DNA of 64,000 nucleotides from the NCBI GenBank assembly GCA_964291405.2, contig OZ219926.1:4800001-4864000 (forward strand). Reading direction: 5' to 3'. The notes under the pieces were generated by a model that saw nothing but the letters and a program-made list of their open reading frames with translations, had not been told where the DNA came from and did no database searches. The first letter of the stretch is position 1. Every line of letters starts with the position of its first letter. This document shows, one piece after another, positions 1 through 8,575 of this stretch. Both the position numbers and the translations under genes were made by a program. The DNA is from Thermodesulfobacteriota bacterium (GTDB taxonomy: Bacteria; Desulfobacterota; Binatia; Bin18).

Positions 1-16
1 AGAGAAAGGAGAGCGC

Positions 17-289
17 ATGCCGCCTAAGGATTCTCGTTCTGCGGATGAGACAGCCGTCGTCATGAAACGGGTTGATAAATTTCTTCGGCTTCTGACCTTT
101 CAACTCTTTTTTATCATTGCCCTTTTGGTCTATCTCGCCTACCGTCCGCAGGCCGGACGGTATCAGGTCATCTCTGCGCAAGCGGTCATGGAGGGCACTG
201 TTATTTTTTTTGATACGATTACAGGACAGGCTGGTGGAACGTCGGTTGAGGTCCGTGATCGGGGCGATGCTCCCGTGCCTCTCGACTAA
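17..289 (+). CDS. small hypothetical membrane protein
   Basis: 90-aa ORF with an AGGAG RBS upstream and one hydrophobic segment (LLTFQLFFIIALLVYLAY). Confidence 0.6.
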   Translation: MPPKDSRSADETAVVMKRVDKFLRLLTFQLFFIIALLVYLAYRPQAGRYQVISAQAVMEGTVIFFDTITGQAGGTSVEVRDRGDAPVPLD

Positions 290-343
290 GACGGGAGCAC
301 CCTCGCATCATCGGTCCCGTCCGGCCAGGCAAAGGAAAAACGT

Positions 344-1306
344 ATGCATCCATTAGGTATTGTCCTCTCGACGGCAACCGCCGCCCCCCCACAGGAGTTT
401 GTTGAAATCGGCCAGATTGCCGAAGACAAGGGCTTTGCCGCTGTTTTTGTCAACGAAGGTCGGGGGGACGCCCTGGCGTGTGCCGAAGCCATTGCGTTGG
501 GAACGTCTCGCATCAAGGTGGGAACGAATATCGCCAATATCTATTTCCGCCATCCGTTTTTGGCCGGCATGACCGCCACCACTATTTCGGAGCTCTCGCA
601 GGGGCGGATGATCCTCGGATTGGGCATGAGCCACCGCCCGCTGCTCGAATCCCTGGGTATCACCATGGAGCAGCCGCGGCAGTATATGCGCTCATATGTG
701 ACGGCGCTGAATACCCTGTTTCGCGGGGAGTCGCTGAGTACCTTTCACCGTCCGCAAAAGAGCAACTATCCCATACCTGTCTATGTCGGGGCGGTGACTG
801 CCGAAAGCGCCGAAATCGGCGGCGAGCTGGCCGATGGGATTATGCCGTTTCTGCCGGCCTTGCCCTATTTGACGCAGCTTGTCGAGGCGGCCCAAACTGC
901 GGCGCAGCGCGTGGGGCGCGACCCGAACCAGGTGGGATGTATTGTGAGTATCCCGACGTTTATTTCAGATGACGTTGAGCAGGCCCGCTCCGCGGCACGC
1001 TACAATCTGGCGTTTTTCGGGAATCTGCCTTTCTATCGCAAACAATGGCGACGCTGTGGCTTTCGGGCCGAAGTCACCGCCATGCAAGAGGCCTGGAAAA
1101 GCGGCAACCGCCGCGCCGCGGCTGCCTGTGTGTCCGAACAAATGGTCGATCAGGTCTGCGTGTTTGGTCCCCCCAGCCAGTGTCGCGAGCAGCTTGCGGC
1201 TTTCCACGAAGCCGGGGCGGCCATGCCGGTCCTGGCCGTCAGCCCGGTGAACGAAGACCGCTTGGTCGCAACCCGGAAAGCGCTCGACCTGCTGGCTCCA
1301 GGATAA
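344..1306 (+). CDS. LLM-class (luciferase-like) flavin/F420-dependent oxidoreductase
   Basis: TSRIKVGTNIANIYFRHP, GRMILGLG and AEIGGELADG motifs typical of the LLM family. Confidence 0.9.
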   Translation: MHPLGIVLSTATAAPPQEFVEIGQIAEDKGFAAVFVNEGRGDALACAEAIALGTSRIKVGTNIANIYFRHPFLAGMTATTISELSQGRMILGLGMSHRPLLESLGITMEQPRQYMRSYVTALNTLFRGESLSTFHRPQKSNYPIPVYVGAVTAESAEIGGELADGIMPFLPALPYLTQLVEAAQTAAQRVGRDPNQVGCIVSIPTFISDDVEQARSAARYNLAFFGNLPFYRKQWRRCGFRAEVTAMQEAWKSGNRRAAAACVSEQMVDQVCVFGPPSQCREQLAAFHEAGAAMPVLAVSPVNEDRLVATRKALDLLAPG

Positions 1307-1467
1307 GGGCCGTCCGGGTCCATGCGGTCCGGCCCTTGTCTCGCTTCCTCATCATATATAATCAAAACTACTGCAATTTTCACAAAGAATTCATATTGCT
1401 TATATTGCTGAATGAATGTTCAGACTTTATAGTGCTGCAACACCGATGTTGGGGTAGGGTGGTATTC

Positions 1468-2826
1468 ATGTCCTGTAGCCGTATAGCCTGTTGTCTCGTG
1501 TTCCTGATCTGTACTGTCCTCGTATGCCTCTCTCCGGCACTCGGAGCCGACCCACCGACCCAACCGACCCAATCGACTCAACCGACCCAGCGAACCTGGA
1601 AAACAGTCGAAGAGATGTCAGAAGAAGAGTTGGCCCAGGTCCAACTCGAGGGTGATACGCCACGCCATGCCCAGGTTCCGTATCTTCCAGCCGAATCCTA
1701 TCCGTTCGTCCCGCCGTATACGGCTGAGGAAATGGGCTACCGCGCCATGGAGTTTACGCCGCGTACGCGCTGGTCGTCAGTCGTGGCCAACTCCTGGGCG
1801 TCTATTGCGCCGCAAGGGGTGCTCCTTAACCCCGGCACCTCCATCACCTTTGTCAATTATGATTCCAAAACAAGCGGGGTACGCAAAGTCCTGTCTGCCG
1901 CCCCCGGTGAAGAGATCTATCGTTCGTTGAGTCAGGCCATTGCCCCGCCCGCCGCCGAAGGCGGCCAGTGGCTGGCGATCCGGTATCGGACGGACAAGGA
2001 AGAGATTACCAAGGAGGAGCGCTTCGCCTACTCGTCTTCTATTCGACGGGTGCGCCACCAGGCCCCGTTCCGTCGCCAGAGCAATTTCCCCAATATGGCG
2101 CTCACCCCGGACGATGCGTGGGGGCGGGACGCCTGGGAGTTTTCCTGGCGGCTGATCGGCACGGACGTGCTGTACCGGACCGTTCGCTTTCCGAACACGC
2201 GCCCGAACGTGATTCTGCGGAACGGTGAAACCGGACAGTCTCAGACCGTACAGACCGCGAACATCAAGCTGATGGGTGAGGTCTTTCCGCACTATACGCT
2301 GGACGGCGGGGTTGAATGCTATGTAGTTGAGGCGGTAGCACGAGAAGAGTGGTTGCCCGACTATTACATGCCCCGTTTTCTCTATTGGCTGGAGAAATCC
2401 TCATTCTACCCGCTGCGCGGCGAGCAATACGGACCGGACGGGGAGCTTGACCATATTGAGGTGAGGCTGGCCGAGTTTTTCAATCCTGCACTCGAAGAGC
2501 TGGGCTATGGCACGCTGTTTATTTCCCACTGGGACCTGCGGACGGACATTATGTCCTATCTGGTGAATGACAGCCACAGGATCATGGAGTGGAAACCGGA
2601 AGAATCCACCGTCTTTTTCAGTCCGGACTTTATGCGTCGCCAGTGGTATCTCGATACCTCCATCAAGACCCAGGCGGCCGTCTCTCACCCAGACGAGTAC
2701 TTCATGCGTCCGGCCGTCGAGGCTGACAAATTTCCGAACGAGCGTCCGATCAGTCTGCCGCCTGAAATGGCCGCCCGGATTGAGGCCCAGAACGCCGCAG
2801 GGCGTTTAGTCTTTGACGGCACCTGA
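1468..2826 (+). CDS. secreted DUF1329-like / outer-membrane lipoprotein-sorting-like protein
   Basis: Start moved to ATG 1468, which gives a signal peptide (MSCSRIACCLVFLIC...ALGA) and a PTQ linker. YSSSIRRVR, WEFSWRLIG and ECYVVEAV motifs resemble DUF1329. Confidence 0.65.
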   Translation: MSCSRIACCLVFLICTVLVCLSPALGADPPTQPTQSTQPTQRTWKTVEEMSEEELAQVQLEGDTPRHAQVPYLPAESYPFVPPYTAEEMGYRAMEFTPRTRWSSVVANSWASIAPQGVLLNPGTSITFVNYDSKTSGVRKVLSAAPGEEIYRSLSQAIAPPAAEGGQWLAIRYRTDKEEITKEERFAYSSSIRRVRHQAPFRRQSNFPNMALTPDDAWGRDAWEFSWRLIGTDVLYRTVRFPNTRPNVILRNGETGQSQTVQTANIKLMGEVFPHYTLDGGVECYVVEAVAREEWLPDYYMPRFLYWLEKSSFYPLRGEQYGPDGELDHIEVRLAEFFNPALEELGYGTLFISHWDLRTDIMSYLVNDSHRIMEWKPEESTVFFSPDFMRRQWYLDTSIKTQAAVSHPDEYFMRPAVEADKFPNERPISLPPEMAARIEAQNAAGRLVFDGT

Positions 2827-2886
2827 ACCAATTCCCTCTCCCCCTCTTTCCTTGCCCCTGTGCTCCGCATGGGATAGGCAGCGTAT

Positions 2887-3441
2887 ATGCGCGTGCGCTA
2901 CGGCATGGTCCATGGTCGTTTTCAGCCCTTTCATACCGGCCATTTGCACTACACCCTGGAGGCGCTCAACCGTAGTGAGCATCTGATTATTGGCATCACC
3001 AATCCTGACCCATCCGAAATGCAGGTAGAAGTCGCAGATACGCAGCGGCATACACTGGAGGCTAATCCCTTTACCTTTTTTGAGCGGCAGTGGATGATTC
3101 GGGCTGCCCTGGTCGAGGCAGCGATTGATCTGAGTCGTGTCTCTATCGTGCCCTTTCCGATTCATGCGCCCGGGCGTTGGGCGTATTATTGCCCCAAGGA
3201 GACCGTGCAGTTTATCCGTGTATTCTCGGAGTGGGGCAGGGAGAAAGTCGCCCGCCTCCAAGCAGCCGGGTGGCAGGTCGAAATCCTTGATCCCGGCGCG
3301 ACCAAGCAGGAGAGCGGCAGTACGGTCCGCCGCTGCTTAAGCCAAGGACGAGGCTGGGAACAATTCGTACCGCGCGGCGTGGGCGCAGTCCTGAAGCAGA
3401 TTGGGGCTCACGAGCGGCTGGTTCGCTGCGCGCTCTCGTAA
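2887..3441 (+). CDS. HxGH nucleotidyltransferase (NMN adenylyltransferase / cytidylyltransferase-like)
   Basis: GRFQPFHTGH, NPFTFFER and SGSTVR motifs. Confidence 0.85.
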   Translation: MRVRYGMVHGRFQPFHTGHLHYTLEALNRSEHLIIGITNPDPSEMQVEVADTQRHTLEANPFTFFERQWMIRAALVEAAIDLSRVSIVPFPIHAPGRWAYYCPKETVQFIRVFSEWGREKVARLQAAGWQVEILDPGATKQESGSTVRRCLSQGRGWEQFVPRGVGAVLKQIGAHERLVRCALS

Positions 3442-3450
3442 GCTCTGCCC

Positions 3451-4785
3451 ATGCCCTCCTTACCTATTCTTTTCATCATTCTTGACGGGCTGGCCGACCG
3501 GCCCCAGCCTGTCCTGAATGGACAAACTCCGCTTGAGGCGGCCCATACACCACATCTGGATCAACTGGCTGCCCTCGGTACTACGGGTTTGCTCACACCG
3601 CTCGCGCCTGGTGTTCCCCTGGAGAGCGAAACCGCCCACTTCATTCTGTTTGGCTATGGGTTGGAGCAATTCCCTGGCCGGGCCGCGTTTGAGGCTATTG
3701 GCCGGGGATTTGAGGTGCCGCATGAGTCTGTCGTGCTGCTGGCAAGTTTTGCCGAGACAACGGTCATCGAGGGCAAGCTGCGTCGGGATGCTCTCTTGTG
3801 GGAAAAACGGCAAACCCAGGATGAGGAGGAGTGTGCCCGGCTGTGTGCAGCCATTGCCGCGTACGAAACACACGGTCTGCAATTTGCCTTGACCTCCTGC
3901 GGGCGCTGTGAAGCTATACTGACGTTGCGCGGCCATCCGAGCCGGGACATTACCGATGTCGATCCATTCTATAACAACGCCTATGCTGTGCAGGCTCAGC
4001 CCCTGGCGGAATCCTCACACCCGCAGGATGCCGCGCGCACCGCGGAGGCGCTGAACGCCTATCTCAGCTGGGCGCATTACCAACTCAGCCAGCATCCGCT
4101 CAACCGGAAACGCCAGGCGCGTGGTTGTGCCAGTATCAATTTTGTCCTCACCAAGTGGGCTGCGGTGCGACCCGATGTCGCGCCGTTTCAGGAGCAGAAC
4201 GGTCTGCGCGCAGCCAGTATTGAGAACTCTCCGTTGTATGTCGGGATTGCCCGCGTGTGTGGTATGACGCCGGTCTCCACCCCGCGGGAGACCGATACGA
4301 CCGCGGACTTCATACAGAAACTACGCACTGCGGACTCTCTCTTCGCTCAAGGATATGAGTTCGTGCATGTCCATTCCAAGGCTCCGGACGTGGCCGCCCA
4401 TCACAAAGACCCGCTGGGTAAAATGCAAGCCACTGAGGCGCTCGATGTCGCGCTCGGGTCAGTTGTTGAGCGAGTCACCAATCAATCCGACTTCATCGTT
4501 GTGGTAACCGGCGACCACGCCACGCCGAGCAGTGGGCCGCTCATCCATTCGGGCGAAGCCGTGCCCATCCTGCTTGCCGGTGGACCCAACGTCTTGTCCG
4601 ACCCGGTGACTAGGTTTCACGAACGGGCGGTGATCCGCGGCGGGCTCGGTCATATCCGCGGGGCGGATGTTCTGCCGCTGCTGCTCAATACGACCGACCG
4701 TATCCGCTTGCACGGCGTCCGGCACCAGGCCGCAGCCCGGCCGTATTGGCAGGGGCGGCCCGAACCGTTTCGGCTGAAGGGGTGA
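3451..4785 (+). CDS. apgM: cofactor-independent phosphoglycerate mutase, ApgM-type (alkaline phosphatase superfamily)
   Basis: ILDGLADRP, TPLEAAHTP, SETAH, HSKAPDVAAH, TGDHATP and HSGEAVP metal-binding motifs. Confidence 0.75.
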   Translation: MPSLPILFIILDGLADRPQPVLNGQTPLEAAHTPHLDQLAALGTTGLLTPLAPGVPLESETAHFILFGYGLEQFPGRAAFEAIGRGFEVPHESVVLLASFAETTVIEGKLRRDALLWEKRQTQDEEECARLCAAIAAYETHGLQFALTSCGRCEAILTLRGHPSRDITDVDPFYNNAYAVQAQPLAESSHPQDAARTAEALNAYLSWAHYQLSQHPLNRKRQARGCASINFVLTKWAAVRPDVAPFQEQNGLRAASIENSPLYVGIARVCGMTPVSTPRETDTTADFIQKLRTADSLFAQGYEFVHVHSKAPDVAAHHKDPLGKMQATEALDVALGSVVERVTNQSDFIVVVTGDHATPSSGPLIHSGEAVPILLAGGPNVLSDPVTRFHERAVIRGGLGHIRGADVLPLLLNTTDRIRLHGVRHQAAARPYWQGRPEPFRLKG

Positions 4786-4864
4786 CCACGCGCCTCAGAC
4801 AACAAAATCGGACATAATCTTCTAAACAGGCCAATTTAATGCCCTGCGAGTCGTACTTCCCTTC

Positions 4865-5807
4865 GGTCTATCCCCGCGTGTACGGGGGAACCATCGAAGT
4901 GGTCATGGCGCGGAGGCTGTGGACCGGTCTATCCCCGCGTGTACGGGGGAACCACTTGCCAGAAATTCGATCGAGAGCTTCCAATCGGTCTATCCCCGCG
5001 TGTACGGGGGAACCCCGGCTCCGGGCGGCGACGAGATCAAGCAGAGCGGTCTATCCCCGCGTGTACGGGGGAACCCCGGCTCCGGGCGGCGACGAGATCA
5101 AGCAGAGCGGTCTATCCCCGCGTGTACGGGGGAACCTATGTACCGTCGGCAGCAGGCGCTGGAACGGCGGGTCTATCCCCGCGTGTACGGGGGAACCAGT
5201 TTTACGCTGATAGGCGAGACCATGCATGGAGGTCTATCCCCGCGTGTACGGGGGAACCTTCTACTGGCTCTCATTTTTACTGCGTTGTATGGGTCTATCC
5301 CCGCGTGTACGGGGGAACCGACTTCGACCCCCCAGACTTCGACAGTGGCGACGGTCTATCCCCGCGTGTACGGGGGAACCTGGCTGTATCGTTTGATTCC
5401 ATCCCGAATGATGGGTCTATCCCCGCGTGTACGGGGGAACCCCCGATATAGTAAGTGTCAGAACCGACAGTGAGGGTCTATCCCCGCGTGTACGGGGGAA
5501 CCTCGGTTTCGTCGAGTGGGGAGCGGACGGGACGGGGTCTATCCCCGCGTGTACGGGGGAACCCTGGTCTGACCCACGGGGAGGGCGGATATGCCGGGTC
5601 TATCCCCGCGTGTACGGGGGAACCACACATAGCAGATTCCCTAGGTTATTGTAAATCGGTCTATCCCCGCGTGTACGGGGGAACCATATACGCCGGGTCT
5701 ACCGGCGGGGGGGTATGGGGTCTATCCCCGCGTGTACGGGGGAACCCGGCCGGTGCATTTTCAGGAGGCGATGGTGACGGGTCTATCCCCGCGTGTACGG
5801 GGGAACC
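4865..5807 (-). CRISPR. type I-E CRISPR array, 16 identical 28-nt repeats and 15 spacers of 33 nt
   Basis: GGTCTATCCCCGCGTGTACGGGGGAACC recurs every 61 nt from 4865 to 5780. The reverse complement GGTTCCCCCGTACACGCGGGGATAGACC matches the type I-E hairpin plus handle pattern, so transcription is inferred on the minus strand. Confidence 0.98.
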
Positions 5808-5888
5808 TCTACTGAGTTTATTAGACTTTTTGCCGCCATGAGTCTATTCCCCGGCGTGTAGAGGGACGCCGTTCAAGTTGTCAAAGAG
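5808..5888 (-). promoter_or_regulatory. putative CRISPR leader containing an in-register degenerate repeat (5841..5870)
   Basis: Lies between the cas2 stop and the first repeat. On the minus strand it begins CTCTTTGACAA and ends ...CAGTAGA just before the repeat, resembling type I-E leaders. Confidence 0.55.
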
Positions 5889-6194
5889 CTATTTGTCCTG
5901 CGTTTGGCGGGTTCGCCGCGATAAGATGAGGCCCTCTTGGTCCACCAACTCGACCGGTGGCGACCCCAGGACTCGCACGCCTTGCCCTCCCGGCTCACGT
6001 GGGTCCTGCCACGTCATGACAATAGATTGGCCTCCCAACTCCAGAAACCATTCCTCTATCACTGTCCAGACCCGCTCTCTGACACTACGAGAAAGCCTCG
6101 GAGCAGTGTACACTCCAGGGGCAATCTCAATCATGCAGGAGGCCAGAAACCCACGAGTGCGTGGAGCAACGTCACGTGTCACGACTACTGTCAT
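5889..6194 (-). CDS. cas2: type I-E Cas2
   Basis: MTVVVTRDV...RGFLASCMIEIAPGVY motif; 101 aa; follows cas1 and precedes the array. Confidence 0.95.
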   Translation of the reverse strand: MTVVVTRDVAPRTRGFLASCMIEIAPGVYTAPRLSRSVRERVWTVIEEWFLELGGQSIVMTWQDPREPGGQGVRVLGSPPVELVDQEGLILSRRTRQTQDK

Positions 6195-7053
6195 CGTCGT
6201 CTACCAATTTTATTATGCGATCAATCATCTTCGAGATGATCTTCATCTCTCTGAAACGGCGTCCCGCCAACCGCCGGACATGCCGTTCGAGCGGTATCTG
6301 TCCATTTTTGTAATGCTGGTTCACTGCCTCAAAGGCGACCGGGATGGTCACTTCGGTCCGGTAGAGATCTGCAATATCCAGACAAAAGGCAATAGCCGCA
6401 TCCTCGTGAATAAATCCCAGAGGAGGCAGCGTTCCGGTGGCAGCCACGGCAACGATGGCCGCAGCTTCGATTGCCGTGGCCGCGTGGTTAATGGCCTGGT
6501 TCGGAGCGTCAGCAATATCAGGGTTCTGCCGATCATAGCGGCGTCCATGCCACTCAATGCCGTACTTCTGGGCCAACAGGCTGTAGGCGGTTTTCATCCG
6601 CGCCCCTTCAATGCCCCGCAGGATGGATATGTCCTGTTCGGGTAACACTTCGCCCAAACGCCAGGCGTACATACGTCGGGCGATACGGAGACGCAACCTG
6701 TTGTCATTCCAGAGTTTTGCCTGCCGGCGCGCCCTTCTCGAATCGTTCGGGCCAAAGGGTTGGGCGCTATACATCCGCACCCCGTCCTCCCCAACGGCTA
6801 CAAGGCCGGTCCCGTGGCGGGCGAGAAGCCGGAACACGTCGTGACTCACGGTTGAGCCCGGTCCCAGCAGGATGAACGAGATATTCTGAAACGGAATGGC
6901 GTAATCGCCGGCAGCCATATCGGACGACCCGGCGGTCCGAAAATGCAGGGTGCCATCTTCCACGGTGAGATTCCCGCGTGCCAACCACAGCAGACCATGC
7001 CGGTCGGCGTGCGGAATCCGTGCGGCCTCAAGCCCTAATCGTCCTTTCAGCAC
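6172..7053 (-). CDS. cas1: type I-E Cas1
   Basis: LLGPGSTVSH, LRGIEGARMK, NQAINHA and LGFIH...FCLDIADLY motifs. Confidence 0.97.
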   Translation of the reverse strand: MLKGRLGLEAARIPHADRHGLLWLARGNLTVEDGTLHFRTAGSSDMAAGDYAIPFQNISFILLGPGSTVSHDVFRLLARHGTGLVAVGEDGVRMYSAQPFGPNDSRRARRQAKLWNDNRLRLRIARRMYAWRLGEVLPEQDISILRGIEGARMKTAYSLLAQKYGIEWHGRRYDRQNPDIADAPNQAINHAATAIEAAAIVAVAATGTLPPLGFIHEDAAIAFCLDIADLYRTEVTIPVAFEAVNQHYKNGQIPLERHVRRLAGRRFREMKIISKMIDRIIKLVDDDDSSRDT

Positions 7054-7081
7054 AGTGTCCCCTTCGTTCAGTTAGCCCGCC

Positions 7082-7825
7082 TCAGGCTGGCCGCAGCAGC
7101 AACATCCCGTAGCCGTAGGCGCGGTGCCGTCCGATGCCTTGGGCCAGTAAGGCAGTGAAGGCAGCGGCATCAGTAATGGTCAGGACGCCCTGCATGATCG
7201 CGTCCGGCCCTTCGCTGTGACGGGCGCGGAGCTTGCGCACGGCGCGGGTCCGCTGGAATGACCGTATTTCGGCAGACTCCAACCGCGCGCCATCTCGGCG
7301 GACGAACTGGTCGGCCAACCACTCGCGGTATACTTCTTCACGGCTGTAGGGCATCTCCTTCTTCGGATACTGCATTGCCTTCAGTTGAAAGGCGTCCCAT
7401 TCCCTGCCGGGTTGGCCTTCCGCATTGCGGCTGCGGCGCACGATAGGGCGAATCCGGGTCTCAAAGCCGAGTTGTTTGCCTGCCCGCCATTCCGTCGGCA
7501 TTGGTTTGCTGTTGATCGTGTGACCAGGAAGAATTTTTACCTGCAAGGGACAGGCGCATATATCAGCCGCTTCACGCAGAGCATCGGCCTCAGCGTGTCC
7601 ATAGCCGTATAATACGCCACACGTTGCGCCGCGCGGCACGATCAAGCGAAAGGGTTTGGGTGCCAGGTCGCCGAAGCATTCGGTGAGCAGACAGTGCATG
7701 GCGTGGTCCGTGTCCTGGAGGAGTCTGTCACCCATCCAGCGATGAAGGTCCCGTACCCTGACGTTGGCGCGAATCAGTTGAAGCGGAGCCGTGAGCGAAT
7801 CGGTTGACGTGGCAACATCCGTCAT
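7082..7825 (-). CDS. cas6e: Cas6e/Cse3 crRNA-processing endoribonuclease
   Basis: C-terminal Gly-rich loop GIGRHRAYGYGMLLL. Start placed at ATG 7825, just after the cas5 stop. Confidence 0.93.
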   Translation of the reverse strand: MTDVATSTDSLTAPLQLIRANVRVRDLHRWMGDRLLQDTDHAMHCLLTECFGDLAPKPFRLIVPRGATCGVLYGYGHAEADALREAADICACPLQVKILPGHTINSKPMPTEWRAGKQLGFETRIRPIVRRSRNAEGQPGREWDAFQLKAMQYPKKEMPYSREEVYREWLADQFVRRDGARLESAEIRSFQRTRAVRKLRARHSEGPDAIMQGVLTITDAAAFTALLAQGIGRHRAYGYGMLLLRPA

Positions 7826-7826
7826 T

Positions 7827-8573
7827 TTATCCATCCTTTGCCGTGGAAAATCGGCCATGCTCTATAGCTCCCTCACACACCAGTCGCCCGCCACCGTGCA
7901 GACCAGACAACCAGTTACGCTGGTCGGTGAGCATATAGCTGCGACTGGGCGTGATCTCTGCCTCGCCTTCACCGTCCGGCCAGAGCACCCGTATGGGGTC
8001 CTCACGCGATTCGTCAGTGACCAGCGGCGTGGCTAGCAGCGCGGCCAGGGCCGTGTCACCCTCGGCGAAATCACCGGCCAGAGAGCCCGACGGCAGGCAG
8101 GGCTTGCGTCCGATGAACAGCGGTCGGGCCGGCTCCTGCAAGGCTACGGCCAGACCGTCCAGGGTCGGGGTCTCCTCGGCCGGTTCCAGACGTAGCGCAA
8201 CGCTCACCCGCATATCGGCAAAATAGTCACGATAGCGCAGATGGGGCGCGTCATATGTCTTCGGCCCACCGTCGCGGCCTTCGGGGACTCCCCGCGTAGT
8301 CCAGCCTTGGTCTTTTTTACTCAACTGTGCCGTCTGAAAATCGGTGAGCCTCACACCGGTTGCCGGTTCGCGGTCAATGCGTGCAGCAAACACCAAGCGG
8401 TCTTGCAGGCGTTGATGCCGATCACGCTCGGTCCGGCGCCAGCCCAAGGCGTTGGCCAACAGTCCGGCCAGCATGGAGGCGGACGGAAACCAGCGGATAA
8501 CGCCATAGTTGTCGATGGTCTCCCCGCCGAAGGCCATGAGTGGGGCTTCAAGAGATACAATCAGATGGCGCAT
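7827..8573 (-). CDS. cas5: Cas5e
   Basis: LEAPLMAFG, PSASMLAGLLANALG, RYRDYFAD and LFIGRKPC motifs; no C-terminal HNH extension. Confidence 0.95.
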   Translation of the reverse strand: MRHLIVSLEAPLMAFGGETIDNYGVIRWFPSASMLAGLLANALGWRRTERDRHQRLQDRLVFAARIDREPATGVRLTDFQTAQLSKKDQGWTTRGVPEGRDGGPKTYDAPHLRYRDYFADMRVSVALRLEPAEETPTLDGLAVALQEPARPLFIGRKPCLPSGSLAGDFAEGDTALAALLATPLVTDESREDPIRVLWPDGEGEAEITPSRSYMLTDQRNWLSGLHGGGRLVCEGAIEHGRFSTAKDG

Positions 8574-8575
8574 CC

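Noticed and set aside
1045-1467. N-terminal extension of the 593-aa ORF
   Set aside because: It overlaps the upstream gene and an AT-rich intergenic region; the start at 1468 gives a proper signal peptide.
1547-1590. CCGACCCAA-type tandem repeats
   Set aside because: They encode a low-complexity PTQ linker after a signal peptide.
4839-5841. Several ORFs of 75-184 aa across the array
   Set aside because: They are translations of CRISPR repeats (recurring VYPRVYGGT, GLSPRVRGN, SIPACTGEP), not genes.
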